A stretch of 64,000 nucleotides of DNA from positions 1 through 64,000 of the forward strand of contig JAPDFW010000023.1 in NCBI GenBank assembly GCA_028826165.1, written 5' to 3'. This DNA is from Anaeramoeba ignava BMAN. Taxonomy: Eukaryota; Protista; Anaeramoebae. The notes under the pieces are model-generated. The model saw only the letters and a program-made list of their open reading frames with translations. It did not search any database and was not told the origin of the DNA. How positions within the stretch are numbered: position 1 is the stretch's first letter; the number at the start of each line of letters is the position of its first letter. The position numbers were made by a program, and so were the translations under genes. This document shows, in pieces, positions 1 to 13,300 of the stretch.

Positions 1-1677
1 AATTTTAAATATTGAAATGATTAATAAATTAAAATATAAAATAAAAATAAAAGGATTTTATTACTTATTATTATTTATTATTAAATAATAATTTTGGAAA
101 AATAATTTATCAAAAACAAAATTATATTTTCTTTTTTTTCTTTTTTTTCTTTTATTTTAGATTTGAAAATTTAATTAAAATTAAGAATAAAAATTGAAAA
201 CAAAAGAAAATTTGTTTTTTGTTTTTGTTTTTGTAATTTATTTTTATTATTATTAGGTATTTTAATTAAATTTTATTATTATTTAAATTTAAATAAAAAA
301 GTAAATAAGAAATTATTTATTTATCAATTTTTATTTTTATCTCTGTAAATATAAATAAATAAATTATTTACATTTCATTTATTATTTTTATTATTTTTAT
401 TTTTCTTTTAAAAACAAAAAATTGATAATCAAAAAAAAATTAAATAAGATTTTCTTCTTATAAATAATAATAATAATATTTATAAAGAAAAAGAAATAAT
501 TTGATTTTTTTATTTTTTTTGAAAATTTTTGTTTTACTTAAAATATAAATATAGGAGAATTTATGATAATATTTAAAATAAATATTTTTTTTTCACATTT
601 CTTAAATTTATTAATATTAATAATAATATTATATTTTTTCTCTTAATTTCTTCTTTTTTTTTTAAAAAATAAATCTCTTTTCAAATTTGAAAATAAAATA
701 TTTTTTTTTTCTTATTTTTTTTTGAAAAAGAAAAAGAAAAAGAAAAAGATTAAATTAAATTAGATTAAATTTGGGAAAAAGAAATGAAATTATATTATTT
801 ATTAATTTCTTTTTTTTATTTATTTTTATTATTATGATTATTTATTAAAATAAATTATTTGAAAATATCTTTATTTGTAATTAATAAATTGATGAAATAT
901 TTTCTTTTAAAAAATTAATTTGATTATTGTAAATTAAAAATACAAAAGAAAAGAAAAAAAAAAAGAAAAAGAATAATTTAATATTCTTATTCTTTTTTTT
1001 TCCACAAATTTATTTAAATTTAATAAAAATCTAATTTCAATTTTGTTTTTAAAATTTTTTGTTTTATAAAATAATTTAATTTATTTATATAAAATTTATT
1101 ATTTTCCTTCTTTTCTAAAATAAAAGAAATGAAAAGAAATGAAAGAAAACTTATTTAGATTTAATTTTTAATTCAATTCTTCTTTTATTTATTTTTTAAA
1201 AATTTAATTATATTTTTTTTGGGAAATAATAAATAAATAAAAATAAAAATAAAACAATTTATTTATCCTAATTTAATTTGAAAAAAAAATTTCCTTTTTA
1301 ATTTTAATATTTTTTTATTTGATTTGATTTGAAAATTTCATTTTTATTTTAATTATTTATAAAAATAAAATTATTCAAAATATTTTATATATTTATATTT
1401 ATATATTCAGAGAAATGTTATTAAATTATAAAACTTCAAAAAAAAAATAATTTATAATAATTTATTGATTTGATAAAGTAAAAAAAAAATAAATAATTTT
1501 ATTTTAATTAAAATAAAATGGAATAATATTCATTTTGTTTTTCTTTCAGAATGAAATGATTTAATGATATTTATATATATTTGATTAAATAATAATAATA
1601 ATTTTATTCTCAAAAATTGGAGAAAAGAAAATAAAAATAACAAAAATTTTAATTTTAATTTTATTATTATTATTTAC

Positions 1678-3190
1678 AAACTATTTTAATTAATAAAAAA
1701 AAGTAAAGAAAGAAATTATTTAATATTAATAAATTTTTTTGATATTTTTGTTTATTTGTTTTTAAATTAAAATTATAAAGTTAATTCAATTTATTTTCAT
1801 TTATCTAACATAAAAAATAAATAAATATAAATATAAAATAAATATAATTATAAATATTAAATATAATTTCAAAAAAATAATTAATTTGATAAATATTTAT
1901 TTCTTTTTCTTTTTTTTTTTGGATTATGAATAAATTTAAATTTAAATTAATAATAAATTATTATTGAAATAAAAAATAAAGAAATAAAAAAGAAATAAAA
2001 GAGTTTTGAATAATTTCTATTTATTTATTTATTTACTCCTATTTTTTTTAAAATCAAAATTTGTTTAATTATTAATAATTATTTTTTGTTTTGTTTTTTT
2101 GTTTTTTAGAATTTAAAGATATTAATTAGAATTAAAAAAAAAGAATTAAAAAAGAAATTTGAATAAAAAATCCATTTTTTTTCTTGTAAGAGATTTATTT
2201 TATATTATAAATAAATGAAAAGAAAGAAAAATTCATTTTTTATTTTGAAATTTAAATTTGAAAAAAAAGAAAATAAATTTGATATTTTTTTTTTTTTCTT
2301 TTTCTTTTTCTTATTGGAATTTAAATTAAAACAAAATTTAATAAAGAAAAATTGAATAAAATTTATTTTTTTCTTTATTATTATTATTATTTTGAATAAA
2401 AATTTCAAATAAATACATATTCATTCATCTTATTCTTTTGTTCTTTTTTTTCTTTTTAAATTTATTAATTATTAATATTATTTACAAATAAAGAAAATAA
2501 TATTTATTCCTTAATTCATTTTAATTCATTTTAATTTTTAAAATTAAAAATAAAAAAATTATGATAAAAATGAAAATAATCAAAAAAATGAAATAATAAT
2601 AAATTATCTTCTTTTTTTTTAAAAAATTTTTACAAAAGAAAAGACAAGATAATAATTTCAAATTCAAAAAATAAAATTGTTTTCTTTTCTTTTCCAATTT
2701 AATTTAATTTAATTTTAATTTTAATTTTAAGAATTATTTTGTAAAACTTGTGTTTTTTTTTTGAAAAGAAAAAAATAAAAAAAATTTAAATATAAAAGAG
2801 AAAAGAAAATATTTAAAAAAAAATATAATTCAAATCTTTCTTTTTACATATTTAAATTTTATAAAATAATATCTAATAAATTTATTATTTAATTTTTATT
2901 ATTAATATTTTACAGCCTATTTTATTTAATTTTATTTATTATTCAAAAAAAAAAGTTTTAGAAAAAAATTCAAAAATTTTTGTTTTTAATTTTCATAAAT
3001 TTTGTTTTCCAAATTAAAAATAAAATGGAAAATTAAATTATTAAATAAAATTTACCACCTATTATTATTATTATTATTATTAGATTTATTTTTAAAAATA
3101 AAATTTTATTAAAATAAAAAACAATTTAAATTTAAAAAAAATATAATTTTGATTATTATTTATTTAATTTTTTTTGGAAATAATTACTCT
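1678..3190 (-). other. Further candidate microexons: 3188-3190 AGA, 3056-3058 GTG, 2914-2916 GCT, 2037-2038 GA (2 nt), 1678-1680 TTT
   Basis: Same ATAG-(N2-3)-GTAA pattern and strand; the first three are spaced about 130-140 nt apart. No protein motif confirms them. Confidence 0.45.
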
Positions 3191-3879
3191 CTATTATTTT
3201 TTATTTAAATAAATAAATAAATTATTATTATTATTATTATTTTGAATAAAGAAAATTAAATTTAAATTTGATTTATTTAATAAAATTGGAAAGAAAAAGA
3301 AAAAAGGAAAATAATTTAAATTTTCATTTCAAAAATAAATAAATCAAATTATTTTATTTTTCTTTATTTAAATTTGATTTAATATTAAAATAATAATAAT
3401 AATAATATTTTTATTTTTTCTAAGTAAATTTATTAAATAATTTATTCATTTTATTAATCTTGGAAGAAAAAAAAGAATAAAAATTTTGTTTTTTGTTTTT
3501 GTTGTTTTTGAAAATAAAAATAATCCAAAATTAAATGTAAAATATAGATAATAAAAATATAAATTTTTGTTTTTTTTTTAAATTTTTTTTATGTGTGATT
3601 TTTGAAAAAAAGAAAAAATTAAATAAAACTAATTTTCATTTAATTTCCATTTTCATTTTTCATTATCAAAAACAATAACAAATAAATTTTATTTTTGAAT
3701 TGAATTTAATTTAAATTTAAATTTTTTTTGTTTGGAAAAAAAAGAAAAGAATAAAATTTTAATTTCTGAATTTAATGTTAATCTTTTGTTAAATAAAAAT
3801 GAAGTGAATTAAATTTTGATTTGAATAGAAATAAAAATTTTTTTGTTTATTTTATAAATATTTTTATTTGGAAGAAAGT

Positions 3880-5720
3880 ATATATATATTGTTATTATTA
3901 TGTTAAATGAGTATCAATTTATTGAAAAAAAAAAGAAAGAAAATTTTTTTCATTCCTTTGAATAAAATATATATGTGGAAACTCAAATTTTCTATATTAA
4001 ATTTATTTTCAAACAAAAAAAACAAAAATGAAATCAAAAAAAAAAGAAATCAATAAAATTTTCATCTTTCCAAAAAAAAAATTGAATTATTAAGAAGAAA
4101 TAGAAATTATAATAATTTTTATTTCAAAAATATTTTGAGATCTTAGTTCAAAATATATAATGAAAAATATTAATCAAATTATTATAATTTGGATAAAATA
4201 TTTTATTGGATAAAAGAGATTAGTTTTTCTTGATAATCCTCAATTATTAAATTTGTTTTCTTTTAGAAAAAATTTCAATATCTAAATTGAAAAAATTTAT
4301 ATAAAAAAATTCTAATTTATTAACTAATGTAAAACTTAATATAGATCATTTAATTTTTATTTAATTATTTTTTTTTAGATTTTTTTTTAGATCAGGATAA
4401 TAAGAGATTTATTGATTTTTTTTAAGAAAGAGATTATTTTATTAAATTAAATAATATTTTATAATAATCAAAAAAAAAATCAATTTTTTCATCTTTTGTT
4501 TTTTTTCTTGTTATTTAGATAATTAATAATTTACAAAAAAAAATTAAAGAAATGATATCTTCTTTTCTGAATAAAATTAATGAATTTATTCCAGATATTT
4601 CCCTTTATAATATTCATAATTTGGATATTTATTTGATTAAAAATTATTTCATTTTAAGAAGTTTATTATTTTTTTTTCAATTCTTATAGGTAAATTTTTT
4701 AGTTTAATTAATATTCATTTTTTAACTGAAAATCAATTTGAGAAAATAACTGTAGATATTGGAAAAGAAATTTTAACAACTTTTGAATATAATTTAAATT
4801 ACAATAGAAAAGATAAGGAATTATTTGAAAAGTTGTATTTTTTTTTCAATAATTTAATAATAATTTATTTAGAAATTGATTTGATGAATATTCAATTACA
4901 AATCATTTGTGATTTATCAAGAAAAGGTTTCAATATAAGAGAATTAATAATAATTTTTGAATATATAAAAACTGGAAAAAACAAAATTTTTTTTTGATTC
5001 AATTCATATTTTGAGGAAAGAATATTTTAAAGGAATAAATAAGAATATAAAGAATAAATCAATAATTTTACATCTAAATGGAAAGACAAAATATCAATTT
5101 CTTTAATTGTTAATGATAAGGATAGAAACTCAATTCAATCATTATTAGATATTTAATCCAAATGTAAATTTAAACTGGATATAAATCATTATATTGAGAA
5201 TATCAAAAAGAGGTTTATAAATAAAAATGGTTAAATTTTTTTATGTTTACAGAAAATTATATCATCTCTTTATTCTTGAGTCTTTATACTGTTTAAATAA
5301 ATATTATTATAACTCTCTTAAATTTAAAAACAATTTTTTTTAACATCATTTATTATCATTATACATATTTAGAGTATGAGAAGTGTTTTTTCTATACAAA
5401 ATATTTTTAATCTCAATAAAAATGGATTATAAAATAACTAAAGAAATAATAACTGAAAATAGAATTTGATTTGATTCTTGAAGATTTTTCCATTTTTTTT
5501 TGTGTAATAATTTATCAATAAACTCTTGTAAAGAAAAAAATATTTATTTTTTCATTATAAAACAATATTTTTGTCAAATATAATTAATTCACTAAAACAA
5601 TTCAAATTTCAATTTATAATAATTATTTTCAAAAAGGGAAAAAAAACCAAATGAAAAATTGAAGTTTTATAAAAAATGAATTTTATTGTATTACAAGAGA
5701 GAAACCAAAAAAAATGTATA
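3880..5720. pseudogene. Possible heavily decayed coding/TE remnant of unknown family
   Basis: Sequence complexity and G+C are slightly higher than in the flanks, with short codon-like stretches broken by stops and homopolymers. No recognisable motif. Confidence 0.25.
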
Positions 5721-6586
5721 AAAATTTGAAAAACAAAAACAAAAACAAAAACAAAATTTTACAAGAATAAATTTTTTTTTGAATTAATTTTTTTTTGTTT
5801 AATTTTGAAGTTTTCAATAAAAAAAATAAATTAAATTAAATTAAATTAAATTAAATTAAATTAATAATTTTTTTTTGATTAAATTGGAAAATATTATTTC
5901 AATTCCTTTTTGTTTTTTTTTTCTAAAATTATAAAATTAATAAATTAATAAATTTCTTTTCTTGATTTAATATCCAAAATTTTAAATAAAATAAAAATAA
6001 AAATAAAATAAAAAAGAAAGAAGAATTTGAATTGAGAATAAAACAAAATTGAATTAAATTTGTAAATCTGAATAAAATAAAAACAAAATAAAAAAAGAGA
6101 GAGGAATTATAATTAATTAATTAAATATTAATTTTAAATTTTTTCTTTTTCTTTTTTTTTCTTTTCAAATTTTTAAAGTTGAAAATTTTTAAAAAAAAAT
6201 GAATTAAAATGAAAATATTTCTTTTTTTGGAAAATAATTGAATATTAAATTGAATTTGAAATTGAATTTATTTTTTTTTGGATTAAAATAAATTGAAATA
6301 TAATAATCAAATAATAAATATAAATATTATTTTGATTTTTTTTTGGAATAAAAATTATAATTAAAATTATAATTAAAATTTATTTCTTTTTTTTTGATTA
6401 TATTCTTATTAATTTTAAAAAAAATTCAAAATTGTTTTGTTTTAATTAATAAAATAATTGAAATAAAAATATTGTTTTTGTTTATGTTTATGTTTATTTA
6501 AAAATGGAAATGAAATATCTTCTTATAAAATTATTATTAATATTTTGAAAAAGAAAAATAAATTAATTAATTAATTAAAAACTTAC

Positions 6587-6682
6587 TCCACTTAAATTAA
6601 AATTAGCTCCATTATCAACTAATAATTTAATCATATCAAATGTAATTGATTCATTCCTACATAAATAATGAACTGGAGACCA
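6587..6682 (-). CDS. Ankyrin-repeat exon
   Basis: AAG|TGG TCT CCA GTT CAT...AGT GGA|GTAAGT; 32 codons WSPVHYLC...[14 protein letters not shown]. Confidence 0.88.
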
Positions 6683-9600
6683 CTTTTTTTTTGTTTTGAA
6701 ATAATAAATTAAATTAAATTAAATTAAATTAAAAAATAAATTTCTCTTTAATTTATATTTTAAATAATTTTCTCTTATATTTTTTTTGTTATTTAAAATT
6801 AAAAAATTTATAATTTTTTTTGAAATAATATTTTTTTTGTGTTTTTTTGAAAATCAAAATTAAAATAATAAATAAAATTACTCTCTAATTTATTATTTAT
6901 TTTTAATTTAAAAAAGAAAAGATTAGATTTAAATTGTTTTTTGTTTTTTGTTTTTTGTTTTTGAAAAAAAATAAAATAATTAAATTGAGGAAATTTTGTA
7001 TATTTATTAAGATTTTCCATTAATTTCCAAATATATTTAATTTAATTTAATTTAATTTAATTTAATTTAATTTAATTTAATTTAATTTAATTTAATAAAT
7101 ATATTAAAATCTTATTAAATTATTAAAGGTTAATTGAAGAGAAATAATAATAATATAGATTTATATTTTAAGGTTATGAAAGATAGAGAGATTATAAAGG
7201 AATAAATAATAAGATGAAAAGAGGAATATATTTATATTTATATTTATATTTATATTTATATTTATATTTATATTTATATATATTTATATTTATATTTATA
7301 TTTATATTTATATTTATATTTATATTTATATTTATATTTATATTTATATTTATATTTATATTTATATTTATATTTATATTTATATTTATATTTATATTTA
7401 TATTTATATTTATATTTATATTTATATTTATATTTATATTTATATTTATATTTATATTTATATTTATATATTTTTATATTTATTTTATATTTATATTATT
7501 TTATTTTTATATTTATATTTATATTTATATTTATTTATATTTATATTTATATTTATATTTATATTTATATTTATATTATATTTTATATTTATATTTATAT
7601 TTATATTTATATTTATATTTATATTTATATTTATATTTATATTTATATTTATATTTATTTAGTTAAAATATCTAAGATAAGAGATAATTACAAAAACAAG
7701 ATAAATTCAATTTGAAAAAAAAATCAAAATAATAAAAATAATTTATCAAAAAATTAAATTTAATTAATTAATAAGAAAGAAAGAAATTGAAAATATTCAA
7801 TCTAATCAATAAAAAAAATATGAGAAATAATAATATTTTAAATAAGATTAAAGAAATAATACAAAAAAAAAAGTAATTCTTTAAATTAAATTAAATTAAA
7901 TTAAATTAAATTAAATTAAAATTATTCAAATAAAAATAAAAAAGATTTTGAATAATTTATAAATAAAAGTGTTAATTATTCTTATTTAAAAATTTATAAT
8001 AAAAATAATAAATAAATAATTTATAACAAGAAATATCAAAATTTTTTTCTTATTTTTATAAAATTAGGAAATAGATATAAATTTAAAGAAAAAAAATCAA
8101 ATTAAATATAGAAATTCAAAAATATTAAATTAAAAATTAATTAAAACAAGATATTACAAATTTTAAATTTATATAAATTAATTATCAGAAAATCATTTCT
8201 TAATATATTTGAAATTATTAATAATATTATCAATTTTCATCTATTAGGAATTATTCAAAATAAAAATAAAAATAATATATTAACTCTTTTTTTTTGAAAT
8301 TTTAAAAATGAAAGGAATAAAATATCAAATAAAAAAAATATTCAAAATTTATTTAAAAATATTAAAAAAGAAAGAAAATTGAAATAATAAAATGAATTAA
8401 ATTCACAAAAAATAAATCAATTCTAAATTTAAAATATAATTTATTTATTAATATTAATGAATTAAATAGAATAAATAAAACTCAAAAAAAAATTAGAAAT
8501 AAATTTAAAAATATATTTCTAAAATAAAGAATAACAATTTCCATAATACAAGAAATATATTTGAGAAAAAAGAATATATTTTGAAAATTATTATTAATTT
8601 AAGAAATAAATCAAAGAGGAATAAAAATATTTATCAAATAATATATATATAAGTAAATATACTCAATAAATTAAAAATTATAATAAAAATATTAATATAA
8701 ATTAAAATAGAAGAATTAAATGTTATTAGAGAATATATGAAATATATAAATCAATATCAAATTATGAATAAAATAAATCAAATAATTGAAAAAAAAATTA
8801 GGAAAGGAAATAAAAATATATAATAAGATGAGGATATTTTAATCAAATAAACAAATAAAATTGAAAAAAAAACATTTGTGATTTAATACTCAAATCATAT
8901 TTAATATTCAAAATAATGTAATAAGAAATATAAATCATTTTTTTTTGGAAATCAAAAATTAAATTAAAATAAAAATTATCTCAAAAACAAAAATAAATAT
9001 TAATCAAGAAGAAAGAAAAAAGAAAAAAGAAAAAAAGAAATATTATCAATCAATAAAATAATAATTTCAAGATATAATAATGAGAAGAATTGAGAAATCA
9101 AAAAAAAAATTTAAATCAGAAATCAATTCTCAATATTTCAATAATTAGAAATATAAAAGATAATAAATTTAAGAAAAGAAAATTTATATAAATATAAATA
9201 TAAATAGATAAAAAATTAAGATTGGAATTAATTTAACATAATTTAATTCAAAAAAAAAAAGTAAATAATATTGATAAAAAAATATTTTGAGGAATAAAAA
9301 ATAGATAATAAAAAATAGATAAATAAATTAATGAATTGAAATGAAAAGAATAAAGAAAAAGAAAAAGAAAAAGATATTATATTTAATAATAAATAAAAAA
9401 TAATTTAAATAACTTATTGATGAAATTAAAATACAAGTTAAAGAATCAATATTTAAATAAAATAAAATAAAATAAAATAGAAAATAAAATAATAATCATA
9501 CAATTTGATATTAAATAAATTAAATAAATAATTCCTTATAATAAATTAATAAAAAATAATTTAAAATTCAAGAAATAGTTCAATTTATGAATATAATAAG

Positions 9601-10293
9601 ATAAAAAATTTATCAAAAATTATTATATTATATTATATTATATTGAAAAAAAGAAAATTCAAAAATATTATTATTATCAATTTATTAAATAAATAAACAG
9701 AATAATGAAAGAATAAATAAAGAATATGAATCCAAAAGTAATAAATTAAATGTTTTCAAGAAGAATTATGTTTATCTATAAACAATTTATTAATAAGAAT
9801 ATTTATTATTTTTTTTTGAAAAGAATATTTGAATAAATTAAATTATTATGAGAATATATCTTGTATAAATAAATTGGATTTAGAAAAAATAATGAATATA
9901 AGAATAGAAATTTTAAAATTACAAAATAAATTAATATAAATAAAATAACCTTATATAATAAATATAAATATTCAAAAATATTTTGATATAATTAATTAGA
10001 AAATTAATTAGAAAAATTATTATCAAATTTCATCAATATTATTATTATTATTATTTAAAACTTCTTAAATAAATATTATAAGGTAAATAAATATGGAATA
10101 AATCAGAAAGAGAAATATTATTTATCCCTTTTTTTAATATTTGGAATGATTAATCATTTTATTATTGAAGAGATAAAATTTATTATTGATTATATGATTA
10201 TATTGATATAAAAAATTTTCATATATAGAAATTGTATTTAAAAGTTCAAATAATATTAATAACAATTCTTGAAAAAAATTATGAATAAAATCA

Positions 10294-10324
<31 letters not shown>

Positions 10325-13300
10325 GGAAATATTAAATATCTTGAAATTATTCTTAATTCAAATAAATATATTGAAAATAATATTCAAAAAAAAAAATTCA
10401 GAAAAAAAACAATTTTTTAATTAATTAATTAAGGTTTATAATCAATTTAAATAATATTTCAAATCATTTATAAAATAATTATTTATAAAATAACAATTCT
10501 TACATAATTATATTATGTAACAAAAACCCTAATAATATTATTATTATTAATAAAAAGAAATAATATCAAAGAATAAATTTAATTGTTAATAAACATATTA
10601 AATCAAGTTTTATTTAAAAAAAATTAATTTATATTCATATATTTTGACTTTTTGGAATGAAATAAACATTTCTAATTTCATAATTCAAATAAATATAAGA
10701 AGATAGAAAATAATAGAAAAAAATTAAAATAAAATTAGAAAATCTTAATTCAAGAAATTATATTCAATCTTTATAAATAAGATAGAAATAAGGAATACAA
10801 AATATTTCAAAATAATTCAAAGAATATTTATTTTTTAGAAAGATAAAAAGAAATTAGAATGAATCAAGGATAGAAAAAAAAATAATTTATTTAGAAATAA
10901 TTAAATTATAAACCAAAAAAAAAATCAAAGAATAAAAAAATATCTAAAATATCAATAAAAAAAATATTATTCTTCTAAAATTAATAATTTTCATAAATGG
11001 AATCAATAAATATACTTATTAAATGAAAAAAAAATAATAATATGAAATATATCTATGTTATTTAAAGAAAAGAAAAGAAATATTAAATTATTTTCTTTAT
11101 TTGTAAATATTAAATTTATCAAGAAATAAGAAATAAATGAATAAAAATCAATTCATTCAATTAAATAAATAAACAAAAACTAATAAAAGAAATTAACAGA
11201 AGGTAAATATATGAAAAAATAAACAATAGAATATATTCAGAAGATATTTGAAATTATATCATAATTTATAGTTAATGGGAAATAGAATATAATATAAGAA
11301 AGATGAATAGAAAATGAGAAATAATGAAGAAAATCAAATTCAAAATCAAATTCAATAATGATAATAAAATTAATAAGATAAATAACAAGGATAATTCTGA
11401 AAATAAAAACAAATTCAAAAATAAAAACAAATTCAAAAATAAAAACAAATTCAAAAAAGAAAGAAAAATTCAAAGAAAATAAATTATAACAAAGAAAATA
11501 AATCTAAGAAAGGATATAAAGAATATTTGGAAATATAAATTAACAAAGATATCAGAATTAGAGTTAGAATCAAAATAATGAAAAGAATAATCAGAATATT
11601 ATACAGATTATTTGATAGATTATTCTTAATTGAAAGATTAAATAGAATATGATTATAAAAATTAATTTAAAAATGAATTATTCCATTTTCCTTTATTTTC
11701 TTTTTATCAAAATTACTTCAAAAAAAACATAAAAAAAACATGTAGAAATCTCACTTATGATTTTCTTAATAAAATTAAAAATCAAAATCTTATTTGATAT
11801 TTCCCCAATTTCAAATTAAATTAAATTAAATTAAATTTAAAATTAAATTTAGATTATTTTTTTCAAATGAACTAAATAAATATTATTTTATTTGGGAAAT
11901 TTGTTTTTGTTTTTATTCAAAAGAAAAATCACAAAAAAAAATGTTTATTTTTACATACTATTTTTTTTCAAAATAAAATAAAAACAAATTTTCATTCAAT
12001 AAATAATTCATTTTTTTCAAAAAGGAAAAAAAGAAAAAAAAGTAAATTTTGATTTTGATTTATTTTTACTTCCTATTATAAATAATTTAATATTATTCAA
12101 TTTAAAATAAAAATTGATTATTTTTGATATTTATTTATTATTTAAATAAAATAATTTTAAATTTAATTTTAATTGTTTTTGTTTTTGTTTTTTGAATAAT
12201 AAAAATGTAATTTAAATTGGAAAAAATTTTATATTATTTTACATCTTGTTTATTCCAATCAGCTCCTGATTTAATAAAATGATTAAAAAGATCCTTATTA
12301 ATTGGTTTCTTTTGTGCAAAATAATGTAATAAAGTTGCTCCATTCTTTTTTATTTTTGTTTTTAAATTTAATATTGGAAAAACAAAATAATTCAAAAAAG
12401 AAATGAATTAAAATAAATTATTCATAATTTAAATAATAAAAATGAGTTAATAAATTAAAGAACTAATTGTTGTTAATTTTAATCAAAAAAATAATTCAAA
12501 CCTCCTCTTTCTAAATTTATTTTTTAAATTAAATAAATTAAATTAAAATTAAATTAAAAATATTAAAAATGTTTTTGTTTTGTTTTTGTTTTTGTTTTGA
12601 ATTACATAATCTGATTTGTTAAATTCATCTTCCAAAAGCTTTAATTCCTTTTCAATTTCAACAGTATTGATCTTTAAATTTGTAAAATTTTTTTGTTAAA
12701 ATTAAATAATAAATCAAAATAGATTAATTTTTTTTTCCAAAACAATAATAAATATTAATTTAATATATTTTAATATTAATTTCTTTTTTTTTTTAAATTT
12801 AATTATTTACTGGCTATTTATTAAATTGAATAATAAATAATTAATTAAAAAAGGATTGTGAAGAAAAAAATAGGCAAAAAAAAAGATATTTACTTCCTAT
12901 TTATTTTATGAATAATTATTTTTGAGTTAATAAATTTTTAAATATTTTATGAATAAATTAAAATAATTAGGTTTAAAAAAAAGAAAAAATATTTAATTTT
13001 TAAATTCCACAAATGAACAAAATGGCAAGGAAAATATATTTACTTTCTATTTATTAAATAATAAATAATTATAAATAAATAAAAAGAATTGAGCATAAAA
13101 AAAAGGAGAGAATATTTATTTTGAAATTTCTCAAATTAAAAAAATTGGGAAAATGAGAAAAAATGGGAAATGAAAAATATATTTACTTTCTATTTTATAA
13201 ATAATTTTCATTTTTGTTTTGAGAATTGTTTTTTGTTTTTAAATATATTAATTTACAGGCTATTTTGTTTTTATTAAATATTTTCAATTCAAATTATTTA

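Noticed and set aside
2205-2408. Short F/K/I/N-rich ORFs here and at 6808, 11237, 14731, 29718, 32715
   Set aside because: Low-complexity frames expected by chance in ~90% AT DNA.
7214-7666. 150-aa ORF (YL/IF repeats)
   Set aside because: Translation of the (TATATT)n microsatellite.
12498-12515. Possible 9-nt exon AAAGAGGAG (AG...GTTTGA) on the minus strand
   Set aside because: Including it would break the D-Y-N-G-A-T-L-L-H ankyrin spacing, and the donor is weaker; left out of the model although it could be an alternative exon.
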